64,000 bases of DNA from Blastocladiella emersonii ATCC 22665. Taxonomy: Eukaryota; Fungi; Blastocladiomycota. The stretch is from assembly GCA_025594325.1 (NCBI GenBank), contig JANHCV010000001.1, positions 1,116,001-1,180,000 on the forward strand. The letters run 5' to 3'. The notes below the pieces were generated by a model. The model had not been told where the DNA came from, did no database searches, and worked only from the letters and a program-made list of their open reading frames with translations. Every line of letters starts with the position of its first letter. Position 1 is the stretch's first letter. This document shows, in pieces, positions 56,564-64,000 of this stretch. A program made the position numbers and the translations under genes.

Positions 56564-57063
56564 TCTGATGATCGAGTGTACAGCGTCAACATATTGTTTC
56601 TGATGTTTGGTCTGACCTGGCGCGCACGCCGTGTTCGTCGGTCGCTGTGACGCGTTGCGCCACAAGGTGGCGATTTTAATAACACGGTCACACTCAAAAC
56701 ATGAGGCCTGCTCCGAACCACCAGGTTGCTATGATGTGAGAGTGGACAAAACGGATCCGCCATGACGTTCCTGCTACCTACAGCACAGGTTTGACAGCCG
56801 CACAAACGTGCGCAAGAATAGACGAATCCTGCGCTGGATCGACAGGACGCGTTGGAGCTGAACAAGGGCGCAAGTCCACCGCAGCCCTGGAACACGCCGA
56901 ATGGGAGACTCTGGAAGTGGTCGCCTTCACGCAAATCCCGTCTGCTGATGCAGTGTAGGATGTCTCCCACGCGGGGAATATTCGAAGCAATCGAGACCTC
57001 GACTCTCCCGACCCGCTTCCTCGTCGCTCCAAGCCTTGGCGCTCAATGCAATGACAATCGACC

Positions 57064-58079
57064 ATGGAGCACGTTGCATTCGGGATCAGCCCCGTCCTCT
57101 TGCTGAGCCGGCTGGCCGGGCTCTCGACCTGTCTGCCGTCGCTCATCACCAACGTCAACATGTATGGTCGGCGGCACCGATTACGGCGGAGGATGCAAAA
57201 CCTCACGCCTGTCACTTGGTAGATTCAACTGCGTGTGGCAGCGCAACAAGGGTCGCAGAGTGCAGACGGCGATCTTAATCTACGCGGTCGTGGCCGGGAT
57301 CATTGACATTGCCTTTCTCGCTTGCCACGTCACCTGGTTCTACACGTCCGGAACGTGGCCATCGTGGGGCGTGGCCACCGTTGTCCTGCAGCTGCTGAAG
57401 CGGCTCAACTCGGCGGTGGTCGTGTTCCTCGTCTTCCTCCGATCCACGGTGCTCGTTCCGTCGCTCCACGACCTGCATAGCTACCGGCACGCGTACCTGG
57501 TCGTGTACCTCGCCATCGGGTGCACGTCCGTGATCTGCCACGTGTATTCGTACGCGCAGGCCGGGTGGGTGTCGTCGCTCGCGTACGAGCACATGGCGTA
57601 CCGCATGCACCGGATCATGGACGCGCTCGCCGTGGCGTACTACACGGTCCCGGCGCTCCTCACGGATCTCTCATTCATGGCCATGGCGAAGGCGAATCCG
57701 CAGATCGCGTCACGCTTCAGCGTCCTTAAGCCGTTCTTCAACACTTCGGTCTACTTTGGGTTCGAGATGGTCATGACGCTGGCAGTTCTCGGTGCGTCCG
57801 TGTCCGCCTGAACCCCTCCATTTCACACTGACGAAACACACGCGCCCAGTCCCGCTGTTCCTCGGAGTCACCGATACGTTGTTCGGGTCGGCCGCGTACA
57901 ACGAGGCGTTCCTCTTGGCGCTCGTGTGCCAGAACAGCAGCTACTCGGTGCGGGCAGCGGCACCGGGTGTGACGACTCGGAGCAAGAGCACGGCGGCGGG
58001 ACAAGTGACGGGGGCGCCCGCGTCGGTGACCATCATCACTATTGCGGGGAAAGAGTTTGTGAGTGAAATCGAGGGCTAA
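57064..58079 (+). CDS. Orphan 7-transmembrane (GPCR-like) protein
   Basis: Introns about 57162-57222 and 57792-57849 join three exons; seven hydrophobic segments and a polar C-tail. Confidence 0.6.
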
Positions 58080-58599
58080 AGCCCTCTTTCTAGACCGCGT
58101 CGCGGCCGGATAGGGTGCCGACGCTCACGTGAGCATGTCGCCCTCTCGTCATGTGAATGTCCTCGAAACGCGTGACAGACGCGTCGTTTGTCATGTGATC
58201 GCTGTGGCGCAACGCGTCCTGGCCGTGCACGTGGTCGGCCTCGGCCCAACCCCCGGAAGCGCGTCGCTTGACGCTGCTCCGCTCGCCATCGCGGAACGTT
58301 TAACGCTTTGCACCGACCCTCGACCAGGCCCGCGAGACTCCGAGCACATGAAAGCGTGAGAGGTGCAGAAGCGCGGTAAGCCGCTAACGGAGCCCGTGCT
58401 TGGCGTGCGTGTTGGAAAACGGAGCCCGTGTTCGGTGCACATCCTTAAACGACGCGGTTCACCTGGGAGCCGCTAGCGCAGGCTCGTTGACGTGGGCGCG
58501 ATTTCAACGGTTGCACCGAGAACGACTTGCGAGGTCCCATGAACGTGAGTTCGAGTGAGGACTGCGAGGTCGAGAGATCCGCTCTTTGAGTTGCGGTCC

Positions 58600-59300
58600 G
58601 TTACACGGACGGGTCGCTCCGTGGCTTGGGTTTGCCAGACGTTGCAGCGGGCGCAGACGTCTTCGTGAGCGGATCGCTGGAACTCGCTGTTCGCGTGGGT
58701 GCGGGTTCGCGCAACGTGCTCGCTCGAGTAAGCCGTGATCCGCTGGATCATCGCGGCCCGCGAGCTCCAGGTCGAGTGGGTCCGTGGCCACGCCGTGAAC
58801 TTGGAGAATGAAGAGGCCGAAGCGCTCGCCAACAAGGGCTGCCGCGCATCTCCCGCTGTGAATCGCCGCCGCCGTCCGCGCGGACCTCGATGCGCCCTTC
58901 ACGGCGCGCAGGCGCGGCTGCGACTTCAACTCAGTCCCGCGACGCGCTCTCCGCCGCCTGCACGACGCGCGACACGACCCACTGCTCGCTCTGACCGCGT
59001 CCGCTGGCATCACGTCCTCCCCCATCGATGTCCCAGCCCTTGTCACTGCGCTTCGGGGCAGCACGCGCCGCATCCACCCGAGCGAGTCCCTCACCGCGAA
59101 CTCGCTCCCGTGCTTCCAGCTCCGCGCGCTCGCAGGCCAGCTGCCGACCCGCGGCTGTTTGCACCAGCTCTGGCCGCACCGCTACGAGTCCCCCAACTGC
59201 GCCGAATGCCCAAAAACTGGCGGCAAGGTCGCCGACACTCAAGCGTACGCGTTTGAGTGCACACTCTTCGCGCGCAATCGTCTCCGCGGCACTGGACGAC
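58600..59300 (+). mobile_element. Degenerate 3' fragment of a non-LTR retrotransposon (RNase H plus C-terminal zinc finger)
   Basis: YTDGS (58602), WVRGHA..NEEAEALANKG, QLPTR..CAEC..DTQAYAFEC; stops and frameshifts between the motifs. Confidence 0.7.
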
Positions 59301-59690
59301 GTCCGCATCGTAAACGCCCTCGCGGCGGTCGACAAGGGCTAGATCGGGGGCGGGCTCCGCACCAGCGTCACCGGATCGCTCGCCGAGCGCCTTCTCAACC
59401 CAAAACACATGAAGCACCGTGGCCGCCATCGTGGACGCGCCACTCGTCGCGTGGTTCAAATAGCTTTACTGAGACGAACTCATCGATCCACGCCTCGCGC
59501 TCCTGCCGCGACGGCCATCGCCTCGAGCGCCATGCAGGAGCTTGCTTGGCGCCCTCGCTGCAGCGCGATTGCTGATGCCGCGCCGGTGACACATGACGGT
59601 GCCCTGCCGCCACTCAACGCGAGCGACCAACCGCACCATCCTTTGTTGAAGCGCGCGCATCGCGCAGCAGGGGAACGCGCTGTGCTGTGA

Positions 59691-59798
59691 CGCGCAAAGC
59701 TGCGATGCGCAAAGCTGCGATGCGCAAAGCTGCGACGCGCAAAGCTGCGACGCGCGAAGCTGCGACGCGCGAAGCTGCGACGCGCGAAGCTGCGACGC
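59691..59798. repeat. 15-bp tandem repeat (C/T)GCGC(A/G)AAGCTGCGA x7 plus a partial unit
   Basis: Seen directly. Confidence 0.95.
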
Positions 59799-60025
59799 GC
59801 GAAACGGCGCAAGCGCCCAACGTGGCGCGGGCTTTAGCCCTCGATTGAAAACCAGACGCGAAGCGTCTAGGTGCCTCAAGTATAATTTGACAGTTTTGTG
59901 CGTCAGCCGGCGCGCTCGGTGCGCAGCTTGGAGAAGACAAAGTGACGCGTTGCGCCACGTCGTGACGTGTGGCGCGCTGCGACTCGGAGGAAACGCAACC
60001 CCGATTCGACTCCAACAACTTGAAA

Positions 60026-61007
60026 ATGAAGCCCAGCACTTCGCGCACTGGATCGACGGGCGGCACGACTCTCGCAATCCCAGGGATGCCGCCCGGGCGG
60101 AGCCGGTCGCCCAGCATCGCCGGGTCGACGGCCGTGTCGTACAACTCGCTCTCGGGCGGGACGCTGGGCGCGGGCGGGCAGGCGCCCATGACGCTCAGTC
60201 CTGCGGCACTCGCCGCGCTGCGGAACGGCGGCATGATGCCCCCGCGCGGCGCGCCCGCGTCGGGCGGGACGGGTAGCAACGGCAGCTCGCGGCGTGGGAG
60301 CAACATGCCGAACTCGGGCACCGGCGCACCCGGTCGCAGTGGCGGGTTGCGGCGGTCGACGCTGCAAAACAGCCAGTCGGCGAGCACCACGTCGGTCCCC
60401 GCCGTGGTCACGCCGCCCGTCGAGGAGAAGCCGCTCCCGCCGCTGGACCCCGAGGCGGCAGCGCTGTGCGAGACGATCGGGATCAGCCCGCGCGAGTACT
60501 ACGAGCTGTACGAGGTGTTCCGGCTTGTCGACAAGGACGGCGGCGGGACCATTTCCAAGGACGAGCTCGAGCTGCTGATGCAGACGCTCGGGATCCGCGC
60601 GTCCAAGGTCGAGCTCGAGATCATGGTCAACGAGATTGTGTCGGACCCGAACAAGGACGAGATTGATCTCGAGAGTACGCGTCTCGTATGTCACAGAGCG
60701 TGCCCGAAGCTGACCGAGGCAGCCGAGTGTAGCGTTCATCACGGCCATGTCGCGCAAGGTGACCACGTCGCTGCCGCAGGAGGCGCTGATGCAGGCGTTC
60801 CGGCTGTTCGACGAGGGCGGGCCGGCCACGCCCATCGGGCGGATCCGCACCGAGATGCTGTTCACGGTCATGGAGCGCATGGGCAACCCGGAGCGGTTCA
60901 TGAAGCGCGAGGACATTGAAGACCTCCTGTCGCAGGTCGCGCCGCAGGCGCTCGAGACGGGGTACCTCGACTACGCCAACTTTGTCGGCATGCTGTTCTC
61001 GTCGTGA
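60026..61007 (+). CDS. Calmodulin/centrin-like EF-hand protein with a long disordered N-terminus
   Basis: EVFRLVDKDGGGTISKDELELLM canonical EF-hand; intron 60675-60732 joins to QAFRLFD..EDIEDLL..GYLDYANFV. Confidence 0.82.
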
Positions 61008-61313
61008 GGGAAGGGTGGGCGGGTGATATATCGTGTGATTGATCGGAGAATGAGCTAAAGAAGCTCACGTGCGGTGAGAGGCGCCACTCGACGCGCGGCG
61101 AGCGGTGCGTTAGCGTTGGCGTTCGGCGGTTCCCCCGCCGCTGCATCGCCTCTCCTCCCCTTCTCCCCACGGCACGCCATCCAGTGCTTGCAACGTATCA
61201 CGATCCGCCGGGCCCCTCCCCGCCGCCCGCGTCCCTGATCCGTCGTTGACGCGGCCCCACCCTTGACGCGCCGTGATCGCGCGCCGCCGAACCGCGCCAC
61301 CACGGACATCAAC

Positions 61314-64000
61314 ATGGACATGTTCGGCAGCAGCGCACCCGCCGCGCCCGCCGCCGCCGCGCGGCCCGCGAGCTTCGGGTTCGACGAGGCGCGGCTGCGC
61401 AACGAGCCGTCGCAGGAGCGGCAGGAGCTCATGGCGTTCCAGTGGCTGTCGCGGCTCGTCGCCGACCTCGACACGGCGCCCGCCGACCTCGTCAAGGCCG
61501 ACCAGACCGCCATCGAGCGCAAGCTCGGCACCCTGCTCACCCCGGGCACCGCGCCGTTCCGCCCCTCGCGCGCGCTCCGCCGCCTCGTCGCCGGGTGCTA
61601 CCTCACGCTCTTCACGCGCGGCGAGTCGCGCCGCGCCTTCGACCTCATCGTCGCCCTGCAGACCCAGCTCAACACCACACACAAGGTCTCGCGCGACCAG
61701 GAGTCGCTGCTCGGCGCCGTGCGCATGTACGGGCACCCGCTCTCCTCCCTTGCCCCAATCGATCGCACCGCAGCAGCAGCAGCTAACCCGCCCTCCGCGC
61801 GCGCGCGTAGGCTGTGCCTCGGCGTCCTCGGCCGCCTCACCGAGCGCTTCGGCAGCAACTTCCTGTCCGTGTTCAGCGAGACGGTCCACGTCTTCTTCAA
61901 GTACCTCAAGCCGTCGGTCGACGCCGGCATCCGCCTCGAGGCCCTCGACGCCTTCAGCCGCGCCATCCGCGGCGCCGCCCGCGGCATGTCGGACCTGCAG
62001 GCCAAGGAGGCCCTCAAGGTCTTCCGCGCGGGGCTGTCCGACAAACTCATGGCCGTGCGCCAGGCCTCGGCCGAGTGCATCGCGTGCATGGCCCGCAGCG
62101 CCTCGCTCGGCCTCGTCACCGTCCCCGACTACGAGGCCTTCCTCTACCCGCTGTTCCGCGCCTTCGAGGGCACCAACTACGACGCCCGCATCGCCATTGC
62201 CCGTGCCATCGCCAACGTGCTCGCCCCGACCCAGAACACGTTTGTCGCGCCCGTCGCCCCCGTCAAGACGTCCAAGAAGAAAAAGGACAAGGACAAGGAC
62301 CAGGAGCAGGAGGCCGCCGCGCCGCAGCTCGAGGAGAAGACGCTGCTGACGTGCGCCGAGATGCTCGGCCTGCTGCACACGTCGCTCCTGAAATACCACG
62401 CGCGCGAGTCGCGCATCGGCGTCGCCGAGGCCTACGTGTTCCTCCTGCAGATGCTCGGCCCGACCTTCATCGAGACCCAGTACCCGGCCATCGCCCTGCA
62501 TTTCAACGACGAGATCCTCAACAGCCCCAAGTTCCTCACCCTGCCGCTGCCCGAGATCGTCTCCGTCAAGGAGATCCTCATCCACGTCCTGCGCAGCCTC
62601 GGCCAGTCCATGACCGAGACGGGCCAGATCAACGCCATCAAGCACCTCATGGAGCGCTACGTGACGCGCTGGCCGCAGCTGCCCGAGACCCCCTGCCCGA
62701 ACAAGTGGGCCCTCAGCGTCTTCCTCGCCGAAATCGCCGGCCTGCTCGACGACGTGAACGGCGTCGCCGCCACCCTGCCCGAGAGCACGCCCGACGCCCT
62801 CATCAAGATCGCCGGCCACCCGTCGCACCTCGTCCAGACCGCCGCCGCCGTCGCCATCATGCGCCTCGGCCTCAACTCGCCAACAACGCTCGCTCCCATG
62901 TTCACGCAGCTCCACGGCACCCTGTACCGCGAGATGCCCACCGTCACGGGCGCCGCGCTGCCCGAGGCCATGCGCCGGTACATTGGGTACTCGCTCGCCG
63001 TCGCCGGCCTGCTCGCCGTGATCCCTAAGGCCCCGCTGTACGCGCCGTCGGGCGCCGCGACCCACGTCTTCACGCTCGCGGCCAATCTGCTGCGCGCGCC
63101 GCCGCGCGACGTGCGCGTCAACCTCGTCGTCAACGAGGTGGCGTGGAACCTGCTCACGGGGCTCATGGCCGTCGGGTCGAGCGCCGTCAAGGCGCAGCTG
63201 TCGCAGTGCCTGCTGCTGTGGAAGGACGCGTTCCCCAAGAGCCCCGGGTCGACGGCCGACATGTACGAGCTGCTGCACGCCAAGGAGGCCGCGCTCAAGG
63301 CGCTGTCGGCGCTGCTCATCCACAACGACGACATTCTCAACGCCGACCTGCGCAAGCGCGTCGCCGTCCTCGTCACCAACGTCGTCCAGCTCCTCCTAAC
63401 GCACCCGGCGCTCGCGTCGCCCAGCGCCGCGCCCATGCCGCTCACCACCAAGGTCGGCCCGCTCACCGTCTCGTACGGCGAGCTCGACTCGCTGTTCCGC
63501 AAGCGCCTCTTCGACTGCATCGCCATGCTCCCGCCCGTCCAGTTCGAGAGCCTGCACGGCCAGCTCGTCAAGGCCGCCGGCGACATCTTCGCCCAGGACC
63601 CCGCCGACGCGCGCCGGTTCGACGTCGGCCAGCAGTACCAGGTGTACCACGCGTTCGAGAAGCAGGCCATGCCCGTCAACGCGCCGTTCGGCCCGCTCTT
63701 CTGGCAGTCGGCCGAGTACGGCGCCCACACGCTGCCCGTCGACGGTCACATTGACCTGCTCAGCAAGCACTCGTGCTTCCGCGACCCCGGGTTCACGGTC
63801 GCGGTCCCCGAGCCGCTCTTCGACTACGAGAAGTGGGCGCAGTTCGAGCGCCACCTGTTCCACCCGGTGCAGGGCGCGCTCGAGTACGACACGGTGACGA
63901 TCCTGCAGGCCGCCGTGCACCGGCCGCGCCCGTCGCCGCCGCAGTTTGCGCTCGTCAACTCGGCCATCGCCATGTACGGCCTGCTGTTCCCGTACGTACT
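61314..64000 (+). CDS. HEATR5: HEATR5/Laa1-like HEAT-repeat AP-1 accessory protein, 3' end runs off the window
   Basis: FQWLSRL..DLVKADQ..RALRRLVAGCYLTLFTRGE N-terminus typical of HEATR5/Laa1; intron about 61727-61810; continuous helical ORF to the window end. Confidence 0.75.
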   Translation, partial: MDMFGSSAPAAPAAAARPASFGFDEARLRNEPSQERQELMAFQWLSRLVADLDTAPADLVKADQTAIERKLGTLLTPGTAPFRPSRALRRLVAGCYLTLFTRGESRRAFDLIVALQTQLNTTHKVSRDQESLLGAVRMYGHPLSSLAPIDRTAAAAANPPSARARRLCLGVLGRLTERFGSNFLSVFSETVHVFFKYLKPSVDAGIRLEALDAFSRAIRGAARGMSDLQAKEALKVFRAGLSDKLMAVRQASAECIACMARSASLGLVTVPDYEAFLYPLFRAFEGTNYDARIAIARAIANVLAPTQNTFVAPVAPVKTSKKKKDKDKDQEQEAAAPQLEEKTLLTCAEMLGLLHTSLLKYHARESRIGVAEAYVFLLQMLGPTFIETQYPAIALHFNDEILNSPKFLTLPLPEIVSVKEILIHVLRSLGQSMTETGQINAIKHLMERYVTRWPQLPETPCPNKWALSVFLAEIAGLLDDVNGVAATLPESTPDALIKIAGHPSHLVQTAAAVAIMRLGLNSPTTLAPMFTQLHGTLYREMPTVTGAALPEAMRRYIGYSLAVAGLLAVIPKAPLYAPSGAATHVFTLAANLLRAPPRDVRVNLVVNEVAWNLLTGLMAVGSSAVKAQLSQCLLLWKDAFPKSPGSTADMYELLHAKEAALKALSALLIHNDDILNADLRKRVAVLVTNVVQLLLTHPALASPSAAPMPLTTKVGPLTVSYGELDSLFRKRLFDCIAMLPPVQFESLHGQLVKAAGDIFAQDPADARRFDVGQQYQVYHAFEKQAMPVNAPFGPLFWQSAEYGAHTLPVDGHIDLLSKHSCFRDPGFTVAVPEPLFDYEKWAQFERHLFHPVQGALEYDTVTILQAAVHRPRPSPPQFALVNSAIAMYGLLFPYV

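Noticed and set aside
1-64000. Prokaryotic or phage origin, operons, rRNA
   Set aside because: Spliceosomal introns and eukaryote-specific genes occur throughout, and no rRNA-like sequence was seen.

Overview
GC-rich eukaryotic genomic DNA with short 55-85 nt spliceosomal introns (donors mostly GTACGC/GTACGT/GTGCGT). The gene set (kexin, LOC1-like, outer-dynein-arm docking subunit ODAD3/CCDC151, exportin-4, chitin-deacetylase-like genes) suggests a flagellated, zoosporic fungus-like organism; this is inference. Two gene-dense blocks (1-16.4 kb, 34.5-55.5 kb) and a final gene pair (60-64 kb) flank two accessory regions. The first (16.4-34.4 kb) holds a split F-box-like gene and its pseudogenised tandem copy, a 26-bp minisatellite, a Myb/SANT relic and a Ty3/Gypsy chromovirus with both LTRs and TSD but CpG-deaminated catalytic codons. 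It also holds an inverted 428-bp copy of part of ZNFX1 and a complete PIF/Harbinger transposon. The second (55.5-59.9 kb) holds tRNA-Lys(UUU), an orphan 7TM gene, a LINE relic and a 15-bp repeat. The strongest candidates for something new are: (i) the ZNFX1 gene with its own inverted fragment and an intervening Harbinger; (ii) an orphan protein combining two acidic dsRBD-like modules, an RS/RD tract and about 23 GGFG repeats; (iii) a kexin gene head-to-head with two doubly anchored deacetylases carrying dibasic sites; (iv) recurrent palindromic promoter motifs. All homology calls come from motif recognition by eye; no searches were run.
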